The position numbers and the translations under genes were made by a program. This document shows, piece after piece, positions 26,204 through 39,341 of a DNA stretch of 64,000 nt. Under the pieces are notes generated by a model. The model worked only from the letters and a program-made list of their open reading frames with translations. It ran no database searches and was not told where the DNA came from. This DNA comes from Octopus sinensis (taxonomy: Eukaryota): assembly GCF_006345805.1 (NCBI RefSeq), contig NC_042997.1, positions 136,338,001 to 136,402,000 on the forward strand, in the 5' to 3' direction. Position 1 is the stretch's first letter, and the number at the start of each line of letters is the position of its first letter.

Positions 26204-27072
26204 GTATGTATGTATGCGATGAGTAAATTATGTAATTCTTAACTATAGTTTTGAAATTCTTCGAAAATAATTGGCTTTCCCGAAAATCCTTCAGTGGAAT
26301 GACAGAGGTAACGAGCGCGTTCCACATATTTTTGAATGCACTTGAGCACTTGTCTTAAATCATTTGAATTTTAGCCTTTCTAATAATTACTGATACAATT
26401 TGAAACTAACTAGGCGTGTGCTCGCGCGCACGTGTTTTAGTGCGCATCTGTGCGTGTGTATTCCATATTAGTAAAATTATGTATCTTACATGCACAGCCT
26501 ATGGATGTCAAGATTTCGGCTCATTCAGATTCCAGATCAAGATCATTACAGTGAACTAATGGTACCATTTTACATCATGGTGAATCTGAACTGCCAAGAG
26601 GCTTTTACTTGTCATTCGTTACAAGAACTATAGACCTTCTCCACTTTATTATTCGTTCAGTAGCCAGGCTCTTATTCATCTAATCCGCTGATTTTTATAA
26701 TCACAATTCTATTAGATTCTGAATTACTTGAAAACATTACATTTGTTTAAACAAACGTTTAATAAATCTATTTAGAAATTTTCCTAAAAAATAGGTTTGC
26801 TTCTCTTTTTCTCTCTTCTCTCCCTCCCTTTCTCTCTCTCTTTATATATGTGTATGTATGTGTATATGCACTTATATATTATGAATATATATATATATAT
26901 ATATATACATATGAATACATATACATGTTTCTCACTCTCATCATTTCTCTGTGTTTGCGCGCGGGTGTGTGTATAAGTGTGTGTGTGTGTACAGTCATTC
27001 ATACATACATACTTACATACAGACATACGTATGCAAATACATATACGTATATATATATAACTCATCATTTCA

Positions 27073-27103
<31 letters not shown>

Positions 27104-27314
27104 AACACTTTCCTAAACGATGCTGTTATTCATTATTCCAGCGCTTTTCTCTGTAACTAATGTTTTATCAATGTCGACTGACAGACATCCTTCGTTTTCT
27201 TTTTCTAGTGCTTTTTTTATCATTCAAGTAGATTATATTTTTTAATGATTTACTGACATTTTCCCTCTCTCATTTCATCTCTTTATATCTCTCCACCTTT
27301 GTGTTACTCTCTCC

Positions 27315-27346
<32 letters not shown>

Positions 27347-27904
27347 TCCTTTCTCTCTTCTCTATCTTCATATCCCGTTTTATTTCTTTTGCTATTTTTT
27401 TTTTATTTTTCTTGTATTCTTACTATTTTTGTTGCGGGATTTCTTTTTAAAATATTTTCGTTAAAATTAATCATAGCCTAAAACTGAGTTAGCTCTAAGA
27501 ATTTAAAACTAATGACCAACAAAAAATAAATGGTAATTACAATTCTGAAAAAATATCCATGGTATATTCTTCTCGTAAATCCGATTCTGAAACTACACTA
27601 CTCTTAATATATACTGAACATGAGGGCGGTGAGGAGAGAAAATGGCAGAGTTCCACACACCAAGTCATTTAATGTTTAGTTACGTTCGTTTACGTTAGAT
27701 TCTCTCCGTTCCGTCTTTTCTTTCGTATTACGTCATTTTACGAGGTGAGATCAAGTCGCGCCAATGTCAACTTTGCTTTTCATTCTTCTGGGGTTGCTAA
27801 AATAAAATATCAGTAGTGCACTGGGGCGAATAACTCTATTCTGTTTTGTCTGGCTTTGGACTAATATTAGAAATGAATATTATGCTTGAGATAAAAAGAA
27901 ATGT

Positions 27905-28135
27905 GTAGGCTCATGGCATAGTAGTTAGCGGTATTGGATTCATGATGGTAAGATTGTGGTCTTGATTCCTGGACAGGGCGACGCGTAGTGTCTTGAAAAA
28001 AACACTTCCTTTCACGTTGCTCAAGTTCACTCAACTGACAAAAGTGAGTAATGTTCGGACGAACCGGCATTCCGTCTAGTGTGGGGAATATATATGCCAC
28101 AAAAACTGGAATACCGGCCCTATGAGTCGAGCAGG
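27905..28135 (+). mobile_element. SINE family C
   Basis: tggcatagtagttagcgg..gtgtcttgaaaaaaacacttcctttcacgttgctcaagttcactcaactg..tgagtaa. Confidence 0.65.
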
Positions 28136-28264
28136 ATTTTTATCCTTTTACAGAAGGAGAAATGGGAGACTACCGGATTCTGTAGAGCGTTATATTCAAT
28201 ACATTTATGCATGCATACATACATACATACATACATACATACATACATACATACATACATGCAT

Positions 28265-28995
28265 ACATAAAAAGGAAATAAGAACACAGTATGGTAGAAG
28301 GCATAGCCACTCATAATAAAAAGAAATACTGGTGGAATTTACCAGTGAAGACCTCAATAAAATGTAAGCACAACAGACCTGATATAATGATTTGGGATAG
28401 AGAAGAGAAACTGTGCACAGTTGAGGAAATTAGCTGCCCAGAAAATGTTAACATAATGATGAAGATCAGTGAAAAAGAGAACACCTATGCCGAACTATTG
28501 AGAAATCTTCAGTTACTCTAGCCAGATTACAAGTTCATGTTTATACCTGCAATTATTGGGGCTCTGGGATATGTAACACACTGCCTAAATACCAATCTTG
28601 AGAAACTGGGCTTCTCAAAACCAGAAAGGAAAAAGCTAATTCGAAGACTACAGATTCAATCCATCACTAGAACTGTAAAAATCTGTAAAACTTTCCGGAG
28701 GTTTATCATTTAAATATATACGAGCATGTCTAGATATGCCACTGTATGTATGAAAATACATACATAAAGCAAAATATATAAATATGCACATATACATGCA
28801 TGCATACATACATACATACATACATACATACATACATACATACATACATACATACATACATACATACATACATACATACATACATACAAAAATACCCTGT
28901 TGTTGATGTTGAAATTCCAACGAAGGAGCTTTGAATCTAGGCTACAAACCAGCTCTTTCTCTATTGGCAAGAAATCTTGAAATAAAACTGAACAA
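28265..28995 (+). mobile_element. 5'-truncated R4/Dong-like LINE 3' end (restriction-like endonuclease domain plus 3'UTR), flanked by (CATA)n
   Basis: KCKHNRPDIMIWDREEKLCTVEEISCP..EKENTYAEL..*PDYKFMFIPAIIGALG..TVKICKTF, stop at 28711-28713 (PD..E/D..K RLE signature). The 3'UTR contains (ATAC)n and ends in (CATA)n. Confidence 0.8.
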
Positions 28996-29645
28996 TGCCA
29001 TATATACATACGAACATACATACATACATATACATACATACATACATACATACATACATACGTACGTACGTACGTACATACATACATACATACATACATG
29101 CATCATACATACATACATACATACATACATACATACATACATACATACATACATACATACATACATACATAAATGCATACATACACATGCATGCTTAGGT
29201 ATAGCGATACTAGTTGTTTGTTATCAAATGCAGCTCGACCACTCAGCTTTGGCGTCACTGAATCCCCATAGCTAAAGATTGCTGGCGACGTGATGACCAT
29301 AAACAGCCTCTTCTTCTACATGGATTCATACATAAAATGATCTTCTGACGCTCTTTCATCAAAAACTTAAGTGACCAGAATTGCTCAACGGAGACCCAAA
29401 TTTTCTCATCAAGAAGCTATATTTCAATTCTCTTTACTTCGACTCCCTTCATCTGAGAGTGTTGATAAACATCTACGACAATGAAACTTTAAATAATATG
29501 GAGCTGAGTCAACTTTTATTCAGAGCCAACGTGAGGAAGTGTTTTGTTTAAGAAAACAACACGATCCCTGATCAGGTGAATCATAACAATCACCATGGTG
29601 AGTTTAAAACCCCAAATATTGGATCTTCACATATGTATATACATA

Positions 29646-29733
<88 letters not shown>

Positions 29734-29749
29734 TTATAAAGGAGAGTGT

Positions 29750-29895
29750 CTTTATGTGCGTGTGACCGATGTTGATGCGTTTACGTCCCCGTAACTTAAC
29801 GAATCTGCAAAAGAAACCGATTTATTCGACTAAAGGCGGTGCTCCATCATGGTCACAGTTAAATGACGGAAACAAATAAAATAATAAAAGAATAT
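29750..29895 (+). mobile_element. SINE family A, 3' half
   Basis: tttacgtccccgtaactt..gactaaaggcggtgctcc..aaatgacggaaacaaataaa. Confidence 0.7.
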
Positions 29896-30132
29896 ACAAC
29901 GAGTGTTTGTGAAGTTTCGAATGGAAATTGGTTGTTCTTTTTCGGGAATTTATTTCATCCAAGCTCTATATCGATTAATTTTCCTGGAATTTGTTAATTT
30001 GTGTTAGTATCAGTGTTTACTGATGGTTCTTTATCGCCATCTGTACTTTACACTTATGAAGTCGTGTAGGTGACATGAAATTGACTGATATACAAATAAA
30101 TCGATTTCTGTGTTCACACTCTCCTGTTCCCT

Positions 30133-30169
<37 letters not shown>

Positions 30170-30471
30170 CCTGTTTTTCTTCCCAACTTTCACCCTCCAT
30201 AAAATCAAATATTTAGTTTGGAAGTTATGGGAGCAACTGTCTTCGAAGACTCATATTGTCGTTGATTGTTCGAAATGAGGAGTAGATAGACAGCCGACAA
30301 CTCATGAAGGTCATTCTTTGTGTTACTTGCCCTGCTTTCAATTGTTTTCTATTATTGTTTGCGTATTTAACTCGCTGGTTTTCGTATTTCATGTTGTTTA
30401 CAGTTGGTGACGTCCTATCCCATATATGCATATATATTATATATATGTGTGTGTGTGTCTCTGTGTGTATG

Positions 30472-30522
<51 letters not shown>

Positions 30523-30560
30523 GAAAGAAGGTTTGAAAATGCAATTTAAAAGATGTTTAT

Positions 30561-30605
30561 TTACTTAACCGGTTTCACTCTTTGGAAAAAGATTGTCAAA
30601 AGTAA
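30561..30605 (-). ncRNA. Minimal hammerhead-ribozyme-like motif with U3-A8 variant core (second copy)
   Basis: Minus strand: ttactt-TTGACAA-tctttttccaaagagt-GAAA-ccgg-TT-aagtaa, with the same flanks as the copy at 19455. Confidence 0.55.
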
Positions 30606-30923
30606 CATAGAATATTATGAATTAAAAAAAGTTTTTTACATAATTGCCACATTGAATATTATGAATTCAAAAAAGTTTTTTTACATAATTATTGGTTGTT
30701 GCAAATAGTCACATTACATGTATATATACATTCTTTGGTAAAAATTGTTGGGAATATGGTGGGAATATTTGAAAAATTGGCAGAAAAAATTAAAAATTAA
30801 AATGAATATATTATACATCTCAGGGTCGGTACTGAATATTATGAATTCAAGGCGATACTGACCTGTTCGTTTTAGCAGAAATGTTGGAATGAGAAAAAGT
30901 GTACCGTTTTTTTCTGTTTATAG

Positions 30924-30962
30924 CTTTCCTTCAAGCATCAATGATTTTGTGGTTATCATGAG
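30924..30962 (+). CDS. Candidate 39-nt symmetric exon (FPSSINDFVVIM) of an unidentified host gene
   Basis: Strong acceptor tttttttctgtttatag and consensus donor GAG|gtgagt; the only open frame is phase 2-2. Confidence 0.5.
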
Positions 30963-31369
30963 GTGAGTATGTGTGTCTCTCTGCGTGTGTGTGAACAGAT
31001 GTGTCTGTGTGCCTGTAGAATTTGGTCAGATGGCGTCTGTTGTCAAGCGGCTCCATTTAATTGATTAATGAAATAAGCTAATTCTGCCACACTAACAACA
31101 AACATTGTAAATACTTTGGTTTCCATTACTGATGTAAATTTGCTAAAAATGGTTTATCCTTTATGTTTGAAGTCTATGAATCCATCTGACGAGAACGGTT
31201 TCTTTCAAATTGATGTAATGTTTTCATTAATCGATTAAATATAGCTGCTTGAAACGGCCGTAATGAATTGACACCTGTACATCTTTGTTACTTATTTATG
31301 TATGTGTGCCTGTGTGTGTGCGCACGCGCGCATGTATACATGTGTGAGGGGCGGATGTGTGTGTGTGAG

Positions 31370-31625
31370 GTTACAGATTCAGCAATCGTGATTCCAATTC
31401 CTAGACTGAGTGCTGCGTTGTGTTGTTGAGCAAAACACTTCATCTTACGTTGCTCTGCCATCACTTCGACACCTAATACATGATATACTCTGCACCTGTT
31501 CAGACAATGTTGATTTGATGGAGAGAATGAGCTAATGTACAGCATATGCATTTGATCCACTATAAACAAATCATTTGTTCAGGCTGTTCGGCAAAAGCTG
31601 AACGCCCATACATCGTCTTCGAAGG
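31370..31625 (-). mobile_element. SINE family C
   Basis: Contains the reverse complement of the aagtgttttgctcaacaacacaacgc motif and the tRNA-like head. Confidence 0.6.
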
Positions 31626-32146
31626 GAAGAATCCATCATATACGCGCGTGCATGTATGCGTGTGTATGTGTAACATATGGAAGAATATTTACATAGATGA
31701 TAATATATTTGCTCATCACAGATATATACACTCACATATGCATGTATATTTATATTAATTTTGTGCAAATATTCGGGCCGAAATAAATGAAAGCATTTCA
31801 TGTCCACTTCGGCATAAACAAAGATTTCAAATGGTTAAGTGGATATGCAATTTAAATGTCACGTATGCTTAATTTGGCAGTAATCCAGTGCATGTATTCC
31901 GGGTTGATATTTTATAATAAAATATTTCTAGATTGCTTTCATCGCATTATAGCCTTCCAGAGGGTACGATAGCTATGCTGCATACCCAGGGCGATTCAAA
32001 CTTCCCTCAAGCAATTTAATGCTGTTTGTCACTCAGTGTTAAGGTGACCTGTAAATCTTGTGTGTATATGTATGAAACATATGCATACAAAAACATAAAC
32101 ATATATATAAATACATACATAAATGTATATATACAAACATGATTAT

Positions 32147-32149
<3 letters not shown>

Positions 32150-32207
<58 letters not shown>

Positions 32208-32236
32208 CGGACGGACATACAGACAGACAGACAGAC

Positions 32237-32307
<71 letters not shown>

Positions 32308-32308
32308 C
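32150..32308. repeat. (GATA)n/(GACA)n microsatellite
   Basis: Directly visible. Confidence 0.95.
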
Positions 32309-32324
32309 ATTATACTCTTTACTC

Positions 32325-32533
32325 TTTTACTCTTTTACTTCTTTCAGTCATTTGATTGCGGCCATGCTGGAGCACCGCCTTTAGTCGAGCAAATCGCCCC
32401 CGGGACTTATTCTTTGTAAGCCCAGTACTTATTCAATCGGTCTCTTATGCCGAACCGCTAAGTGACGGGGACGTAAACACATCAGCATCGGTTGTCAAGC
32501 AATGCTAGGGGGACAAACACACAGAAGCATATG

Positions 32534-32578
<45 letters not shown>

Positions 32579-32748
32579 CATACATATATACGACAGGCTT
32601 CTTTCAGTTTCCGTCTACCAAATCCACTCACAAGGCATTGGTCGGCCCGGGGCTATAGCAGAAGACACTTGCCCAAGATGCCACGCAGTGGGACTGAACC
32701 CAGAACCATGTGGTTGGTTAGCAAGCTACTTACCACACAGCCACTCCT
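32325..32748 (-). mobile_element. SINE family A, full length
   Basis: Reverse complement of the family A head, internal (TA)n and (AAAAGAGT)-type tail. Confidence 0.85.
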
Positions 32749-33480
32749 ATATATATATATATATTATATATATATTATATATATATATATATTATATATA
32801 TATAGATATATATATATATATATATATAATATATATATATATTTGTCTATATATATATATATATTTGAATATATAGACACACATACACAAACGTGTATAT
32901 ATATATATATATATATATACATACATACATACATACATACATACATACATACAAATGAATGTATGTGTGTATACGTGCGTACGCGTGTGTATACCAGTAA
33001 ACATCATTGTGCATTATTTTCAGCTTTTGCAAATGTACTACTTTCATACACATCGACGTTTGTGCGCATAATTATGCTCACACTATGGTGGGAGGGAATT
33101 TACCGGTGTATGTTTGTGTAATTATGATGACACTGTATACACAACGTGCAATTATTTATAAACTACAATTTTTCCCATTAAAATGTAACTAGCTACTTAG
33201 TTATTGAGACTTGTGTTTGTTTTGTTTTCTCGTGTTTGTAATTTTGATGTGACAGCTTATTTGTGGATAAAAGGAAAATTACCGAATGGATATCATACTG
33301 AAGTGGCAACAATTGCAAGTGTTTCGTTGCTTTTTTTAGCAGGCATTTCATTAGCTTCTCCCTTTGTTAGCATATGTACAAATAACGTTACTTCCGTTAG
33401 ACTTGCAACTTGCTCAAATTTATACAAACGCACATGCGCTTGCTCACACATATATATATATACATAATGTGAGCGTATAT

Positions 33481-33525
33481 AGACAGACAGACAGACAGAC
33501 AGACAGATAGATAGATAGATAGATG

Positions 33526-33592
<67 letters not shown>

Positions 33593-33642
33593 GTAGATAG
33601 ATAAATAGAGATACATATAGATAGATAGATAGATAGATAGAT

Positions 33643-33693
<51 letters not shown>
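33481..33693. repeat. (GATA)n tract at the 3' junction of Tx1-like element 1
   Basis: Directly visible. Confidence 0.95.
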
Positions 33694-34058
33694 TGTTTCT
33701 TTATTAGCCACACAGGGCTGCACACAGACAGGACAAATTATAAGGTAGAGCTTTTCTTTTGTGGGTAAAAAAAGGGAGTTTGGTTTTCGATCAAAGGGGA
33801 TCGTAAAAGGAAAGAAAGAGGGCAAAAAAGGGGGGGATAAAAAAAATAATTAAAAAAAGGGGAGAGGAAAAAAATTGATCAATAGGGATCGTTATCACAG
33901 AAATGTCAATATGAAGTGTAAAGGGGTGGACAGGTGAGGTTTACCCGTGGAAAGAAAAGCCTACGGAAAAGACCACGGTAACCTCGGTCAACGAAGTCAT
34001 ATGTTATATTTCTCTTTTTTTTTGCAAATAAGCAACTCTCTGTATTAATTTTTACGGT

Positions 34059-37000
34059 TCATAGAATCATAGTCAAGGTGGCTTCGTCATTCATACGTGC
34101 CATCCTTGCTACATTCACCCATCTTTTTTTAAAACATACACTAGACAAAACTTGCCTCTCTACTCACACTTTCCTCTTCAAGTGATACTTGAAGAAGTTG
34201 ATGAGAGATTGACCAGAGAAGAAAGTGTTTGTCTCTAATCCTTTCAGGCGCGTCCACCAGATACATTCTTTCGCCATTGCCACAAGTATGATAAAAATAG
34301 CTCTTCCTTCCCGTTTGAAGGAAGGAGGCGTGACTATATTAACGATAGACTCGGCTGATAAACCGACACGTCCCACACGTGACAGCAGTCGTTCGACATA
34401 AGCCCACAGGTCGGAGATTGTTGGACACTGCACGATTGCGTGCAAAGCGGTTTCGTCGCTCTGCCCGCATCTCGAGCAGGTCGGCCCCGTGTTTCTCTAG
34501 CCATGCCTATAGAGCTTATCCCGAACGGGTAGCGCTTCTCGGTAGCACCGCCAGGCCAGAGATCTCTGGAAGTTGTCCATAGGTCCCGGGCCGAAAGTCG
34601 TTTGAAACAGGCGGGTCAGGTATTCCTCGTCGACGCCCAGGTTTGCCCCAAGATCGTCGTCGTACCTCCCCTCCACTAATCCCCTATAGAATGCTTTGGT
34701 TGTGTTGAAGTCACTCATGGTCGACCCGGGACGGCAGAGTTGCTTGAGAGCAACGCGACACTCGCGGTGCCATTCGCCTTTCCTCGGCCTCTTTTTGATC
34801 CACGACTGCAGTTCGGTCATGGAGACTAGCTGCGGGAACGCGTGCCTCACAAACGGCGACCACACCTGTTCACCGTCGTCTACATAGAGTCGGAGATGTC
34901 GCAGTCTCAGCGCGTGTCTGCGCATCACCAACCACGGCATGCCCAGCCCTCCTTTTAACGGGTGTTGACAGCAAATGGATCGCCTGACCATCGGGACGCA
35001 TCCTTTCCACAAGAAGCAGAAGAGAATGCGTTCTAGTTTGGTGATGGTAGGGTCGGGACAAGGTACGACGGTCAGGTGGTAGTAGATGATGGACGCGATG
35101 TACATGTTCGCCACCTCCGCCCGACCTTTTAAGGACAGTTTCCTCTCGGCCCATTGCTGGGCGAGAGTGACCACCCTACTCGTTATCTCGTTCCAGTTCT
35201 TCTCCATTTGGAGGTCCGGACCGAACCAGACCCCGAGAAACTCAACCGGGCGGTCCGTCCAGCGTCCCACGACGGAGGTACTGGAGGACGGCATGGGCTT
35301 GCTTCTCCAGGTGCCGAGCCGCAAGCCCACTAACTTTTCCCGGTTAATTTTTCCTCCTGTCACCGCTTCGTAGTCTTTCAGTGTCTCGCCGACCAGCTCG
35401 ATGTGCTCGTGGCTTGACACTATGACGGTGACATCGTCCGCGTATGCAGACACGCTCGTCCCGCATCCCAATTCTCGCGGGATGCCCCTTAGAGTCGCCA
35501 GCTTCCGCAGTAGTGGCTCGAGTGTCAATACGTATAGAAGCGCCGTTTGTGCGTTGTCGACCAGTTTCTCGATGACAAGTGCCAACCTCTTGGCTAACAC
35601 CTTGGTCAAAATTTTCAGGTCTGCATTGAGCAGAGTGATTGGTCTAAAGTTATCTATAATGTTCCCCTTGTTTGGATCTTTCTTCAGCAGCGTTACGACT
35701 CACAAAACCGGGTATGCTCCCGTTTTGTTGCCAGTTGCAGTATACCGCTGCCAAGACGTCTCCAAACAAGTCTGGCATACAATTGTAAAACTCGTAGAGC
35801 AGACCATCCAAACCCGGCGATTTGTCTCTCGAGCATTCTGCCATCGCGTCCCGCACATCCGCCGCCGTGATGGCACCTTCGCAGCACTCTGCCTTTCTTG
35901 CCGAGAGTCGTGGTAGGCTGTGCAGGTAGGCACTGAAGTCCACCCTGCGTTTACGCTCGCCCCTCGTCCCGTACAGTCGGGCAAAGTGCCGCTGAAATGT
36001 CTCGCACATCTTGCTGGGCTCGAGCAATTCGCGCCCTTGTTCATCTACCAGAGACCGATTGGTGACTTTGTTGCCCTGCTGCGCCTCCGCCACCCGGGCC
36101 TCCCTCGCGGATCCAACACCTTCCATCCTTAGAGCACGCATCCTAGCCCTGACAGCACACCCTTCGTGTTTGGCGTTGAAGTGTTGGTCAAGGGCCAACC
36201 TCGCCGCTAAAACGTCGGATGTGATGCCGCTTCTTATTGTCTCTTCTAGCTTCTTAACTTACTCACCCTCCACTATATTTCTATCTACGGCTAGTGCCTT
36301 GCTATATCTAATTGCTTCCGCTTTTACTGCTCTCTTGAGGGCGAACCACCATTTGTTGTTGACAATGGCTCCCGTTAAAGCCCTCTGAAAACTTGTCTGG
36401 ACGGGAAAGATGCGTTCAGTTTCCAATAACCAGGACCCTGTCTATGTGCCTTATCTAAGTCAAACGTACACGTCACGAATTCGTGATCCGTGTAGCTGAC
36501 TGTGTGGAATTGTGGACATCCTAAGTTATCCTTGTCTACTGTCCTACACAGTATCCTATCTAGATACGATCTCGACGACCCACTGCGGTTGCTCCAGGTC
36601 CACGTTGGTGCATTTGGGTGGTCGAGTCGGTACCTGTCAGACAGTTGGAATCGTCTGAGCAGGTCTCTGAGGCATTTGTATCCCTTTCTGTTTTTGTCTC
36701 TCCCCACATAGTCTAGATGCGTGTCCAAGGTAGCATTCCAATCCCCACTAAAAGTAAAGGACGAGACGTTCCCAGGAATACTTCTAGACGTCGAAAGAAA
36801 TCCGGCCGACCTGTTAAAGGCGGTACGTAGACTGACACGAGTCGAAAAGCGCACCCATTGCTGTCGTCGACATCCAGAACGACCAGTCTACCCTCCGGGT
36901 CTACGAATATCGTCTTGACTTCGAGATCCAGGCTCTTGTGAAAAAGTACCGCGGTGCCACTACCGCCCATCCTCGGCAGACAGGGTGCGAAATAAATGTT

Positions 37001-37162
37001 AAACTGTCCGCCAAACATGGACTTTAGGGCCCGTGGCTTGTGGAGTCTGGTCTCACTTATGGCTATGATTCCCAAATCATGTGACTTGATGTCATTTAGG
37101 AGGTATCCTTGTTTCCAAGGAGACCCCAAGCCACGTGCATTCACACAACCAATCTTGACCAT
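34059..37162 (-). pseudogene. Tx1-like ORF2 (APE endonuclease plus RT), disrupted, with a 300-bp in-frame RT deletion
   Basis: MVKIGCVNARGL..ISETRL; GDWNATLD; SYLDRIL; YTDH; KSPGLDG; SAYADD. Several frameshifts relative to copy 3. Confidence 0.9.
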
Positions 37163-37212
37163 GATTCTATTGGGGTGTGTGCTTTAAAACACAAAAAGGA
37201 AGCTACAGAGAG

Positions 37213-39341
37213 TTACTTACTTGTGTCGAAAGTTTTGGCTTCCTCGTCCTTTGATGTGTCTTCGAGGAGGTTTTTATAGAGTTTTTTCGAAAGGTATTTT
37301 TGGAACCCCCCCCAACCGCATTTGGAGAGAGGGCTTTGAGTGTGTGGCGTTGTGTTTGTGTGATGTGTAGTAATTTGATGTGTTTGGGTGGTGTAGTGCG
37401 AGGATGGTTGTTAGTTTTGAAATCATCTTCACAGATGTTTGAGTGGGCTGTGATGTACTCCATTAGTTTGGAGTCTTTGGTGTCTATCGCTGATAGCATT
37501 GTGTGTATTTTGTGGTATTGGTGCTTGTTTGGTTGTGTATGGAGCTTTCAGGGTTCAGGTATCTCCCTGCTTTGGTTGCGTTTTCTTGTTTGTTGTTTTT
37601 TATCTTTTTCTTTTACTCCCGGTGGCTATTTGCCATCCTGTCGAACTTTCATCGTTAGATGAAAAGTCTGACGAATCAGAAGGGGGTAAGGGTAAAGCAT
37701 CTGGGTCTGTTTGTGTGGTTGTAGATATTGTTGTGGTGTGCGGGGGTGTTGCTGGGGGGTTTGGTGTGGTGATTGTCTCTCCTACATCCTTGGTGCTTGT
37801 CTTCTTCGTTGTTGTTCTCGGTGTTGGAATTGGTTTAGTTGTTGTTGGTGTTGATGATTCTGTTCTTGGCGCAGGTGGTGTGTTGTTTGGTTGGTTTGGT
37901 CCGTTCTTTGTTGCTTTTCATGCATTTCTGCATATAGCTTCTTGATTAGCCGTCCATACTGTGGTGTGGGCAATAATGCTGGCTTTTGTGGTTTTTCCTG
38001 TGGCTGTTGTTGTTGTCGTTGTTTCGCGGCAGATTTGCACTCCTTTTTTAGGTGTGTTTCACTGCCGCATGTATAGCAGCGTGGCATTCTGCCCTCGACT
38101 ACTACATACAACTTGCGGTCATCCGCAAGATATACGTGGGTGGAAATTTTGTTAATGTCGTCTTGGCTTATGTAGAAGAGAATCTCCATTCTCTTTCCCA
38201 CCCAGTCCTTGTGTTTCGAAACAGTGATTTCCAGGATGTTTATGTCCTCCATTTCGACGCATATGGCGGATGTTATCCATAGTGTGCTTGTTATTTGCGG
38301 GACATTATTGATAATGACCTTTGTCACCTTCTGGCCAAGGTAACTGGGTGTCATTGTTACTCATCTGAATAAAGAGTTAGCGTTGAGAATTGCTTTGCCA
38401 ACTCTTCATTCTGAAAAACCACCTGTACGTGGGCAAACTTGTTCGACCAAGTCACATACTCCTTGTATCCGCAAATGGGGCGTAGGCATTTTTCTATTTT
38501 GTCCGTGTTTGCTTTTTCTGGACTTTTAGTTGTGTTGTTTATTTTATAAATAATCGTTTTCTTTTTTCCTCATTCAGTATGTGTTGTGGTATTTGTAATT
38601 GTACTTTGCCATTTTCTTTGGTGATTAGGGCTCTGGAGTCTTTTATCTGCTGTGCAGTAAACGATACTATTGTTTTTTTTTCTTTTATCGCCTCAGCGAA
38701 GTTTGGTGTTGTTTTGTTATTGTTGTTACTGCTGGTGGTGTTGGTGTTGATGGCAGAGGTTTGGGTTGTGGGTATATTAGGTTTGTGGTTGCTGATTATG
38801 CCACTAGCAAGGGGTGGAAAATTGTCTGCATAATTTGCCTCTGCGTTAGCGCAAATTTCGGCAACTGGTTTGATGGTCGCGGTTATTTCTTTCTCTCCTT
38901 CACTTGTTGGTGATGGAGGGAACAATGGCTGAAGGGAATTGTTATTGTTGTTGTTGTTGTTATTGTCGTTCTTGGTGGCGGCGGTGGTATTAGTAGCAAG
39001 GGAGGCATTGACGGCACGGTCTTTGGTGGCAGTGATGGTGATCTTGGTATTGTTATTGTTGTTGGTAGTGGTGTCGTTGCAGAGGTAGCAGTTGAAGTAG
39101 CAGAAGCTGCCATGGTGGTGGTGTCGGTGTTGATGGTGGAATCATTGATGGCGGTGACGGTGCTTGGCCTTGCGACCTTTGTTTTGTATTTGTTGCTGTT
39201 GTCGATGCTGATGGTGGTGGTGGTGGTGGTGTAAGTAGTGTTCACACAGTCAAGTTCAGCGCATGGTGACAAGGGAACCTGTTTTTTTGTTTTGGCGTCA
39301 CGCTTCAGTTGCGCCTCAGCCTCGTGGTGACCAGTAGCCAT
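37213..39341 (-). pseudogene. Tx1-like ORF1 (Thr/Asn-rich N-terminus, RRM-like domain, CCHC zinc knuckle), frameshifted
   Basis: ORF pieces 38883-39341, 38539-38925, 37782-38354, 37203-37499, colinear with ORF1 of copy 3. Confidence 0.8.
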
